Shown in pieces: positions 48,679 to 57,532 of a stretch of 64,000 nucleotides of DNA. The DNA is from an uncultured delta proteobacterium (lineage in GTDB: Bacteria; Desulfobacterota; Binatia; Binatales; Binataceae): assembly GCA_963808235.1 (NCBI GenBank), contig CAWEEQ010000004.1:1056001-1120000 (forward strand), given 5' to 3'. A model generated the notes under the pieces. The model was not told where the DNA came from, ran no database searches, and saw only the letters and a list, made by a program, of their open reading frames with translations. The translations under genes were made by a program, and so were the position numbers. Positions within the stretch are counted from its first letter, which is position 1. Each line of letters begins with the position of its first letter.

Positions 48679-49608
48679 TCAGCATCCTCTTAGAGCCGAG
48701 ATGAAAATGTCGGGATCTTTGCGATGATTGAACCGCCACTGAAATTCGTTCAGATACAGCGGCAGATATTTCTTGCTGACGTTGTGATAGGTGCCGATGA
48801 TCCCACGTTTCAGTAACGCCCAAAAGGAATCAATGCTTTGCGTATGAATCTCGCCGCGTACGTATTCTCCTTGACTATGAGAAACCACTTGATGCGGGTA
48901 GGGCGCCCACTTGAGATAACGATAGCCGGAGTGTTCATCGGTCGCGATTAGGTCAACCTTGCTGCTGACGGTTTTCGTTACGAACTTCGTTAGCGTCTCT
49001 GTGTCGGTATTCTCGATCATCTTGCAGACAACGTTGCCTTTGCGGGAGATCGCGCCGATGACAGGAATCTTGCCAGCGGTGCCGCTTCCGCTCTGCTTCT
49101 TATCCCAATGGCGGTTTTTGTTCTTTCCGCCGATGTAGGTTTCGTCAACTTCAACCTGACCCATGAGCGGGCCAAACTCTGGATTGTCGAGCATCGCGCG
49201 CACGCGATGGCAGATGTAGAAAGCAGTCTTGTACGCGGTCGGGCGTCCGCTCTCTGTGAGCATCCGCTGAACCTGCATCGCGCTCATTCCCTTTTTGCTC
49301 TGGCAAATCAGATAGATGACTTCAAACCAGACTGGCAGCGGATAGTTCGTATTCTCGAAGACTGTGCCGACCAACGGCGAGAAGCGATAGCCCTGCTTCT
49401 TGCAAATCTTCACTTCGCCCGTCTGCTTGTCGATTGTCTCCGCGCCACTCTTGCAGACCCAATTCCACGCGCGATGTTTGATCTTGAAAACCTTGTCGGT
49501 TCCGCATCGCGGGCATCGAACACCGTCCGGCCAGCGCAAACTGACCAGCAACGCCATGCACTTGTCTTGGGTGTCGAACTGCTTGTGAATCTGTTGAAGG
49601 CTAATCAT
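48679..49608 (-). CDS. IS1595-family DDE transposase
   Basis: RWPDGVRCPRC zinc ribbon, VEVDETYIGG, TDE, HTQSIDSFW, YLNEFQWRFN. Confidence 0.95.
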   Translation of the reverse strand: MISLQQIHKQFDTQDKCMALLVSLRWPDGVRCPRCGTDKVFKIKHRAWNWVCKSGAETIDKQTGEVKICKKQGYRFSPLVGTVFENTNYPLPVWFEVIYLICQSKKGMSAMQVQRMLTESGRPTAYKTAFYICHRVRAMLDNPEFGPLMGQVEVDETYIGGKNKNRHWDKKQSGSGTAGKIPVIGAISRKGNVVCKMIENTDTETLTKFVTKTVSSKVDLIATDEHSGYRYLKWAPYPHQVVSHSQGEYVRGEIHTQSIDSFWALLKRGIIGTYHNVSKKYLPLYLNEFQWRFNHRKDPDIFISALRGC

Positions 49609-49650
49609 AAACGGACTTTACACCAAATACCGGACGGGTGTCAAGTCCGT

Positions 49651-50250
49651 TTACAGAGGTCCAGTGTAGCCGAAACAGAGACGTGCGGCCATCCTATTCA
49701 GATTGTCGGTCGCGTTATTCGCAGTATTGAGCGCATCGTTGTGCGCTGTTGTTCCTCTGGTTGCGCTCTCAGCGTCAGCAGCACGGTCGTATAATTGTTG
49801 TGCTCCGAGCAGGTCGCTACAATCTTGTTGGGGAATCTTTGCGCAGTTTATAGACGGGCACGCAAAAGATGGGCACGCTGAGGGAACTGGCGAAGCCATG
49901 ATTACTGTGGGTCGCGGTTGCTGTTGCTTGATTCGTTTCAGTCTCGCGTTCTCGGTTCTCAATTGAGCGTTTTCTGTCTTGAGTGCCGTCACTTCCATTG
50001 AGTTGATCGGCAATGGTTGTCCCTGTTCGTGAATTACTATCGTCTTCGGCGCAAAATATGGCGCGAACTTCGGAACGGACATCACAGTGAACACGGCAAC
50101 TCCGAAACAAAGCAGAAGAATATCCGGCCACCTCATGACCGCGTACCACTTCTGGAAAAAGCGGATGATCCATCCGCCATACATGACGACCAACGCTGGA
50201 ATATAGAGAACGTTGGCGACTTCCGACCAGCGCGAGATAAAATCGGGCAT
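49651..50250 (-). CDS. Hypothetical membrane-anchored cargo protein
   Basis: Two N-terminal TMs, coiled coil, Cys/Pro-rich segment; lies inside the TIRs. Confidence 0.6.
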   Translation of the reverse strand: MPDFISRWSEVANVLYIPALVVMYGGWIIRFFQKWYAVMRWPDILLLCFGVAVFTVMSVPKFAPYFAPKTIVIHEQGQPLPINSMEVTALKTENAQLRTENARLKRIKQQQPRPTVIMASPVPSACPSFACPSINCAKIPQQDCSDLLGAQQLYDRAADAESATRGTTAHNDALNTANNATDNLNRMAARLCFGYTGPL

Positions 50251-50389
50251 GGCCGGAGTATCACCACGGGTTTACATGGTGTCAAGTTCGTTATACTTCC
50301 CAAGGGAAAGGGGTTAGGGGTTAGGTTTTCGCGGCGCAAGCAAACTTCGCTACCGCCTCTGAGGCGCTATTGTGGCGCGACTTGATGGG

Positions 50390-50842
50390 TTACCTGCGCC
50401 GTAGCACGTGTCTCTTGTGACTCTCGCCGGTCCATTCGATAACCAGTGTCTGCCGCAACAGATACGCGGTATCGGGCTTCGACATCTCGGCGGCAAGCCA
50501 GTTCTTTATCATCGGAAGCACGTCCACCCGGAACTCCTCGGCGGCTTCCGCCGAATAGTCACTCCGACGGACAGGATAAAGGTACAGCTCGGCGCTGCGG
50601 GAGCCGTATAAAACGCCCCGATCGGAAACTCGGTAGTCCATCAAGTTGAGTGCGGCAACGACGGGTCCGGAAAACTTTGGCTGTGGAGAATATCGGGTAT
50701 TCCACCTAAGCGTGATGAAAGATCGTTTCGGTCGGCCAAATCCGACCCAGCCAAGATCGGGCGCCGCGAACGCCGAGCGAACGTCGCGTTCTGAACACGC
50801 AAAGCGCTCGGTCTTTTGAGGTCTGATCGCGCTGATCCGCAC
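50390..50842 (-). CDS. Hypothetical protein
   Basis: 150-aa ORF with protein-like composition; no motif recognised. Confidence 0.55.
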   Translation of the reverse strand: MRISAIRPQKTERFACSERDVRSAFAAPDLGWVGFGRPKRSFITLRWNTRYSPQPKFSGPVVAALNLMDYRVSDRGVLYGSRSAELYLYPVRRSDYSAEAAEEFRVDVLPMIKNWLAAEMSKPDTAYLLRQTLVIEWTGESHKRHVLRRR

Positions 50843-51234
50843 CGGTCATCTCGCAAACGTTCTATCTAATGCACCGAGCGCGATGCGTGAGGTTTCGCAT
50901 TCCGTTTCCGCTGCACGCGCCACCGACCATTAGCAACCGTAATCTTCCAGATAGCCACGAAAGTTCAGGGCTGAACAGTTCAGCCTTACGCAAAACAGGA
51001 CCGCTTGGGACTATGGCTATGTGCATCTGCAAGAAACATCCAACACGCCCAATCTAGCCGACCCAGTACGCTACCCGGCACAGTGGCAAGACGCGGTCGC
51101 ACTCATTTCTACTGAACTATTGAACGTCTCGCCCCAAGGGTTTCACATCGGAACCTCAGCAATCAGCATGGTTTCGGAACAATCATCCGAAATTCCAGCA
51201 CTCCAACTCAGAGCCGGATTCGCAATGATGGCAA

Positions 51235-51705
51235 CTAACGGCAAGCTAGCTGAATTTCGCCAAATTCCTTTTTTTCGGGATCCCACGCGAACGCAGCCGC
51301 GCGCACAAACTTCCCTGATCGAACCGACATCACAATATAAACGGTGTCCGGATAGTCCGGCTCGCTCGGATCAAACGAACAAGCCTGCGCCCGATCTGTC
51401 GCCGAGAAATACGCGTCATGATCGGGATGCGAGTGATAGACGACGCGAAGCTCGAGTTTGCGCCGATCGACTTCGTTCATTACCGCCAGATGCTCCCGCG
51501 GCTCCATCAGGAATGCGGTCCGCGCGTCGCGCGGGAACGCGGCGGGATCCTCGGCATGATTGCGATTCTGGATATTCGTTATCGGGCGGACTTCCTCGGT
51601 CGTCGCGTCGCCGATTACGAAGCCGCAGCACTCGAATGGAAACTCGCGTTCGGCCTGTGCGATCATCGCATCCATGCTCGCGCGGCTTATCGACGCTTCT
51701 TTCAC
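51235..51705 (-). CDS. JAB/MPN metallopeptidase (Mec-like); start uncertain
   Basis: PFECCG and YHSHPDHDAYFSATD JAMM motif. Confidence 0.88.
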   Translation of the reverse strand: MKEASISRASMDAMIAQAEREFPFECCGFVIGDATTEEVRPITNIQNRNHAEDPAAFPRDARTAFLMEPREHLAVMNEVDRRKLELRVVYHSHPDHDAYFSATDRAQACSFDPSEPDYPDTVYIVMSVRSGKFVRAAAFAWDPEKKEFGEIQLACR

Positions 51706-52685
51706 TTTTGCTCCTTGCGCGCGCGTTCGCCCGCTCGAACGAGCCGCGTCAGCATCCGATTGGTCGTTGCGTCGAGGCCGAGCCGCTCCGCCAGCTCGAC
51801 GATCTTTCCGTTCAGCGCGTCTATGTCGGTCCTTCCTCGAACATGAAGATCATGGAGCATGGTCGGGCGATGGTTGAACGTGATCGGAACCAGCTGCTCA
51901 TAGAAAACTTTCAGATATTCTGTATGGCTGGCGAAGGGCATCGCAACGTCGAGCGCGCGCGCGACTGCGAACGCCTCTTCGATCGCGCTATCCATGATCG
52001 GCCGTAATTCGGGATCGGCGGCCAGCGCGCCGTAGTGCAGCTTCAAAATGGCGCCGAGCGGATTCAACGCGACGTTGTAAAGAATCTTGGTCCACAGCAC
52101 CGGCATGATGTCGCCGACGCCGATCGTCGGAATTCCCGCCGCGTCGATCATTTTGGCAATCGCACCGGCACGCAACTCGAGCGCGGCGGAATCCTCGCGA
52201 TGGATTGCGGGCGCCGGACCGATCGCAACCGGCTCGGCGAAAGCGGTCACGTGGGCACTTCCGGGCTGAGGCATTTCGGCGCCGAAGATCACTCGCGCTC
52301 CGAGCACGCGGCGGCGTCCGAATCGATCGATAAGAGCCTCGATATTGCCGAGCCCGTTTTGCATCGAGACGACGACGCCGTCATCGGCCAGATGCTCGGC
52401 GAGCGAGGCCGCGATCGTTTTGGTGTCGTAACTTTTGACGCAGCAGAAGATCACTCGGAAGCGGCGCGTGAGACGAGCGGGATCGTCGGCGAGCGTCATG
52501 CCGGTGACGGTCCGCGCGCCGAGCAACCCGGAAATGTGCAGTCCGTCGCGCGCGATCGCTTCCAGATGAGTGCGGCGGCCGAGCAGGGTCAAGTCGTGAC
52601 CGGCTGCATGAAGCATCCCGCCGATGATCGAGCCGATTGCGCCCGCGCCGGCGATTAGAATGGGAGTGTCGGCCACGTCTTCCAC
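51702..52685 (-). CDS. panE: Ketopantoate reductase family protein
   Basis: GAGAIG, VKSYD, QNGLG, WTK..N..LN, GRTDIDALNG. Confidence 0.88.
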   Translation of the reverse strand: MEDVADTPILIAGAGAIGSIIGGMLHAAGHDLTLLGRRTHLEAIARDGLHISGLLGARTVTGMTLADDPARLTRRFRVIFCCVKSYDTKTIAASLAEHLADDGVVVSMQNGLGNIEALIDRFGRRRVLGARVIFGAEMPQPGSAHVTAFAEPVAIGPAPAIHREDSAALELRAGAIAKMIDAAGIPTIGVGDIMPVLWTKILYNVALNPLGAILKLHYGALAADPELRPIMDSAIEEAFAVARALDVAMPFASHTEYLKVFYEQLVPITFNHRPTMLHDLHVRGRTDIDALNGKIVELAERLGLDATTNRMLTRLVRAGERARKEQK

Positions 52686-52765
52686 GTCTCGAAGTTAGCG
52701 GGCACCGTCGCTGCAAACAACGCCATCGCTTGCCCGCCGCTCATCGCTCGCTGTAGGAAGTAACG

Positions 52766-53609
52766 ATGGAGCGGACTTCGATTCGATTGGGCGGCGTCGA
52801 GATTGCCTCTTCCGTGATGAACGCGTCGGGAGCTCGATCCGCCGAGCGCGGCGAGATCTACGAACTCTGCGCGGTGCATGGCGGAGCCGTGGTCTTCAAG
52901 TCGTGCAACCTCGCGGGACTCGAGATGCCGGAGAACCTGAAGAATCGTGGCGTCGAATATTTTGCGGAGATCGCCGGCGAACTGTCGGCGCGCGGGAAGA
53001 AAATAATCGGCAGCATTGTCGGCACGAGCGAAGAGGAATTCATTGCCGTCGCGAGGACGCTCGATCGTGCGGGCGCGAACATCGTCGAGCTGAACCTGGC
53101 CGACGAATATGTCGGAAATTCGCTGGCGCCGTTCAGCTCGTTCGAGCGTTTGAAATCCCTGCTCGGCCGTATCCGCGGAGAGACACGATGCGTGCTCGCG
53201 GTGAAAGTTCCGCCGCGGGCGCCGTTCGAGCCGCGCGCGGTCGCCGACTTGTTCAAGTCGCTTCGAATCGCGATCGCGGTATGCGCCAACGACCTTCCGA
53301 AAGATCTGGAAATCGAACGTCGCCACCGGCGTGGTGAAGGGTAGGGCGCGAACGCTATCGCAGGCGCATGCTTTCTTTCGCGAGAGTGAAAATCTACTCG
53401 ACGTGGTCGCGGTGGGCGGAATCAACGGCGGGCGCGACGCCTACATCGCGCACCTGGCGGGCGCAAAGGCGGTGCAGGTCGGCTCGGCGCTGATGAAGGA
53501 AGGGGCGGGCGCGCTGGGCAGAATCGATCGCGAGCTCGATTCGATGCTCGCCGAGCATGGCCGCAAATCCGTCTCGGAAATAGTGGGGCAGCTCCGCTTC
53601 GCCGATTGA
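52766..53609 (+). CDS. Short dihydroorotate dehydrogenase-like FMN barrel, frameshifted near 53325
   Basis: MNASG, FKS, ELN, VK; VGGI and AGAKAVQVGSAL in the next frame. Confidence 0.75.
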
Positions 53610-53772
53610 GGTGAGAACGCGTCGCGCAATCGCAGTCGAATCTATCTGGACACGCTTCGCTACTTGCTATGCTTGCTCCGGCTATGCTTGCTCCGGTTCT
53701 TGCGGCTCTGATAGTTTCGGCTGTCCAGCGCGCGCATCGCGCGCGTTCGTACTTTTGGGTCCGACTCTCATC

Positions 53773-53847
53773 GTCCCCGTCGTCTAGCTCGGCCTAGGAC
53801 ACCGGCCTTTCACGTCGGTAACACGGGTTCAAATCCCGTCGGGGACG
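53773..53847 (+). tRNA. tRNA-Glu (TTC)
   Basis: Cloverleaf: GTCCCCG/CGGGGAC acceptor stem, CCGGC-CTTTCAC-GTCGG anticodon arm, GGTTCAAATCC T-loop; CCA not encoded. Confidence 0.95.
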
Positions 53848-53854
53848 CTTTTTA

Positions 53855-53984
53855 AACCTGACGTGCATCTCGCCAGATTCGTTTTTCACATCCTGTGGAT
53901 TGTTCCCGAACGCACGTCACACTCTAGTCGCAAGAAAGAGAATCGCGCCGCTGAGGCCGACTACTCTCGATGCGCACCAGACCG
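53855..53984. repeat. Degenerate copy of 57471-57600 (recurring motif plus the DUF4337 gene 3' end)
   Basis: AACCTGACGTGCATC..TTCCCGAACGCACGTCACACTCT..GGCCGACTACT..CCAGACCG shared. Confidence 0.85.
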
Positions 53985-54107
53985 CGAGCGGCGCCGGCTT
54001 TTTCGGCCTACCCGTTTGGACACCTCAAGCCAGTGGCCGTCGGCGCGAGAATACTGTAATACCATCGCGAATCCGGGGATTCGAAAATATGGTGGGAGGG
54101 AGCTACG

Positions 54108-55025
54108 ATGAACATGAGGGGCGTTCTGATAGCCGCAACGGCGGCCGTGGTAATGTTTGCATCGGTCGGAACCAACGCGCATGCAGCAGGCGGCGGGGCG
54201 AAATGTGTATCGACTTCTGGCGATGTTCCGAAGACGGGAACGGACGGCAGCACATGCGACGCCGATGTCGCGACCGCCCCCGGAAAGGCGACCGCGACCG
54301 CCTCAGGGGATAGTGGTTCCGGGGCCGATGCCAACAACTCAAGTGTCGCGAACGCGACCGCGAAAAACGAGAGCGAAGCTCTAGCAGATGCCAACAACGG
54401 TTCCAAAGCGAAAGCGACCGCCAGTAACAGCAGTGGAGCAGTTGCAGAGGCAGACACTTCCTCCAAGGCTACCGCTACCGCACGAGCCGGCGGTTTTGGT
54501 GACTCGGTTTCCTCTGGCACCTCTTCTGCGGTGACAAACGCATCGGGTACCGGTAGCGAAGCTGAGGCCGACGCAACGACCGGCGGCAAAGCTACCGCGA
54601 CCATCAAGGATAGTGCGGGGTCCTTACACTCGGAAGCCTTCGCCGAGCACGGTGGCACTGTTACGACGAAAGTCACGAGCGGTGGAATCGCCGGGGCAGA
54701 AGCTGACGCGCAATGCAAGGTAACCGCGACCGCCTCAAATGGCGGCATAGTTGGTGAAACAGGCTGCTTAGCATCAGGCGGTTCGGTAGTAGCAACGGCA
54801 AACCAGGGCGGGACTGTAAGTGCTATTTCCACTGCGGCATGCAAAGTAGAAGGTACCGCCAACGGCATCGGCGCGGAGGCATCCGCTGACTGTTCAATTT
54901 CCGGTTCACTGGTGAAAGCCACGGCACCCGCAGGCGGACATGCTTTCGGTTCGGATACCGCGACTTCCGTCTGTACGGGTGGCGGAAAGGTCAAAAGCCC
55001 TTTCGACGGCGGGTGCTCTAGCTGA
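54108..55025 (+). CDS. Secreted Ala/Thr/Ser/Gly-rich repeat protein
   Basis: GGAG RBS, AHA signal peptide, AxAxA..GG repeats, several Cys. Confidence 0.8.
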   Translation: MNMRGVLIAATAAVVMFASVGTNAHAAGGGAKCVSTSGDVPKTGTDGSTCDADVATAPGKATATASGDSGSGADANNSSVANATAKNESEALADANNGSKAKATASNSSGAVAEADTSSKATATARAGGFGDSVSSGTSSAVTNASGTGSEAEADATTGGKATATIKDSAGSLHSEAFAEHGGTVTTKVTSGGIAGAEADAQCKVTATASNGGIVGETGCLASGGSVVATANQGGTVSAISTAACKVEGTANGIGAEASADCSISGSLVKATAPAGGHAFGSDTATSVCTGGGKVKSPFDGGCSS

Positions 55026-55123
55026 CCGAGCGATCCTATCGCTGAACTGAGTGGGGTAAGGGACCGGCGAGGACTCCCAGCGGCATCGATCTTCTTCGGG
55101 ACGATGGGTCGCGCGGCTCGTTG

Positions 55124-55175
55124 GCGCATCGCGCGCGTTCGTACTCTTGGGTCCGACTCTCATCGTCCCCGTCGT
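55124..55175 (+). repeat. 52-bp copy of the tRNA-Glu leader and first 11 nt
   Basis: Matches 53732-53783 with one mismatch. Confidence 0.9.
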
Positions 55176-55490
55176 GCGCGTTTGCGCCCACGGTTCGGGG
55201 CGTGGCTCCTTGCAGGCGTGTACTGGCTCAATCTAAACAGCGGCGCGATACAGGCTCTTACTCCGGTCTTGACGCTTATGAGATTGGCGTCTCGCGCAGC
55301 ACTTGACACGAGCGAGGCTGGTCGGGAAAAGTGGCACCAACGGCGCCGACCGGTCGCCGAGCTTTGGAACATCCGCCCCAGCCGGGGTTCCATTGGCGAA
55401 GGGGAAGCAGCCCTCACGGTCGTCGATATCACAGGCCATCTCTAAATACCGCGTCGCTGGGGGACGAGGGTATAAAGAGGAGGCTTGTCC

Positions 55491-56570
55491 ATGACCAAGC
55501 ACGGCAGTTTCAAGAAGGTTGTCCGGCGCCACGCGCACGACACCGGTCAGCGCTACACCGAAGCGCTCACCGACCTTGAGGGCCTCGGAGAGCCCGGATG
55601 TTCCATCAGCCCGTCGCTGAGCGCCTAGTCGCCCATCTCCGGGATCACTACGGCATCGACGCGGTCGCCGCGACGAAGGTCAGTCAGCACCACGACCACG
55701 TCTTTCGCATCGACCGCCGCGACGGCGACCCCTGGATTGCGCGCGCGTTTCTCGCCGGCTCGCCCGCGGGCCGGCGTTGAAGGCGATGCCGCGATCCTGC
55801 GGTTCCTGGAGCGGCACGACTACCCGGCGGAGCGGCTCGCGATCGACGACGCGGTGTCGGCGTTCGACGACTCGACCGTCCTCGTCACCCGATTCGTCCC
55901 CGGACGGGCCGCTCCCTCGCTGGCCGTCGGCGCGAGGGCAGCGAGAAGTTCGCCATCATGGGTGACCTGCTCGGACGGCTGCATGCCCTGCCATTCGACG
56001 AGTCCGTCAGCCGCCCTGGTGGGGCGAGTGGTGAGGATCCCAGCCGCGAGGGCAGCCCGCGTCAGGACCTGCATGGCGGCGCTCGCGTTCCTCGACGCGG
56101 TCGACACGAAGGTCGCTCCGGCCGATCGCGAGCGATTCGATCGGCTCCGCGACCAGGTGCGCTCGGCCGACGACGGCCAGGGCCTGCCCGAGGCGTTGCT
56201 CCACGGCAACCTCCTCCACGCCCCCGACCACGTGATCGTGAGCGAGCACGGGCCGGTGGCGATCAAGTGGAAGGCGGCCGGGCGCGGCCCGCGCCTCGCC
56301 GACTTCGCCTAGCTGATGTGGGGCACCTGTCTCAATGCGGACTGGATCGACGCTGCCGTGCGCGCATACCGCCAGCACGTCGAGTTGACCGACGATGAGC
56401 TCGACCGGCTCGAGGCGGTGATGTACATACGGCCGCTGTACCTGGTTTGCTTCGGCTACCGGCGTGACCTCGCCAATGGCGGCCCGCCCAGGGAAAGCGA
56501 GTGGTGGTTTGGCAATGGGGTCGAGTACATGAGCAAAGCTGCAGCCGCGATCCGAGCCGCTTGGCGCTGA
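55491..56570 (+). pseudogene. Disrupted APH/homoserine-kinase-like phosphotransferase
   Basis: GAGGAGG RBS; VFRIDR, LLGRLHAL, LLHGNL, GPRLADFA pieces spread over about 4 frameshifts and a TAG at 56310. Confidence 0.75.
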
Positions 56571-56693
56571 TCGCTACTCCCAGTCGCGAGGATCTTTTAA
56601 CCTGATGCGCATCTCGCCCGACTTCGCTTTAACCTGACGCGGATTCGCTTTTCACGGCTTGCCGACAGGACCAGATATGGTCATGATCAGGTC

Positions 56694-56954
56694 ATGAAAC
56701 AGGTGCGCATCGCTCAGCTCAAGTCTCATCTGAGCGAATACCTTCGGGCAGTTCGTGGCGGCCAGACTATCGCGGTACTGGATCGTGAGACCCCAGTCGC
56801 GCACATCGTCCCGATCAGAGAACGAGCGGCCTTGAAGATTCGGATCCCGACGCCCGGTACTCCTCGGCCTAACCGCGTTGCGTTGCCGAAGCCCCTGAAA
56901 ATCCCCATCGACATCGTCGACCTGCTGCTCGAGGAGCGGCAAATCAATCGATGA
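56694..56954 (+). CDS. Phd/YefM antitoxin
   Basis: VRIAQLKSHLSEYLRAVRGGQTI..PVAHIVP; palindrome GACCAGATATGGTC upstream (56669-56682). Confidence 0.9.
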   Translation: MKQVRIAQLKSHLSEYLRAVRGGQTIAVLDRETPVAHIVPIRERAALKIRIPTPGTPRPNRVALPKPLKIPIDIVDLLLEERQINR

Positions 56955-56967
56955 TTGCATACGTGCG

Positions 56968-57384
56968 ATGATTGCATACGTGGACGCGTCGGTTTTGCTG
57001 CGCGTGGTACTTCGCCAGCCGAACGCCTTGCGCGAATGGACGCGAATCGAGCGGGGTGTCTCAAGCACGCTGGTGGTGACAGAGAGTCTCCGCACGCTCG
57101 ATCGTTTGCGACTCCGCGCGCAACTCTCAGATGCCGAAGTCGCATTGCGACGCGAAGCGGTCCTGGCCGTGATCGAGTCGCTCGAACTTATTGAGATCGA
57201 CGCCACCGTGCTTGACCGCGCGGCACAGCCGATGCCGACCGAACTTGGGACGCTCGACGCAATTCATCTGGCCAGTGCGCTCCTTTGGCGAGAGACCACG
57301 GGCGAAACGCTTGCGATGGCGACCCACGATCGGGCGCTTGCGCTCGGAGCGCAGGCACACGGCCTGCGCGTGGTCGGTGTTTAA
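56968..57384 (+). CDS. VapC/PIN toxin
   Basis: YVDAS, E, LGTLDAIHLASA, THD acidic residues. Confidence 0.9.
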   Translation: MIAYVDASVLLRVVLRQPNALREWTRIERGVSSTLVVTESLRTLDRLRLRAQLSDAEVALRREAVLAVIESLELIEIDATVLDRAAQPMPTELGTLDAIHLASALLWRETTGETLAMATHDRALALGAQAHGLRVVGV

Positions 57385-57532
57385 CGTGACGTGCATCTCG
57401 CCAGACTTCGATTGCAGTCCGGCAGGTATGGCTCCTGTCCGCGCACACAGGTTCTTTCCAATAGACCCTTAACCTGACGTGCATCACGCCAGGCGCGTTT
57501 TTCTTAACCTGTCGGTTATTCCCGAACGCACG

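Larger units (their letters stand above)
46952..50301. mobile_element. IS1595-family transposon with passenger genes (3350 bp)
   Basis: Perfect 24-bp TIRs GGGAAGTATAACGAACTTGACACC (46952-46975; 50278-50301); 8-bp TSD AAGGGAAA (46944-46951; 50302-50309); internal transposase. Confidence 0.95.

Noticed and set aside
53666-53695. 15-bp tandem duplication GCTATGCTTGCTCCG upstream of the tRNA
   Set aside because: It is present, but probably slippage; no function can be supported from the sequence.
53851-57510. Canonical integron attC array
   Set aside because: There is no intI, only one motif copy gives GTTRRRY on the reverse strand, and I could not see paired R/L boxes.
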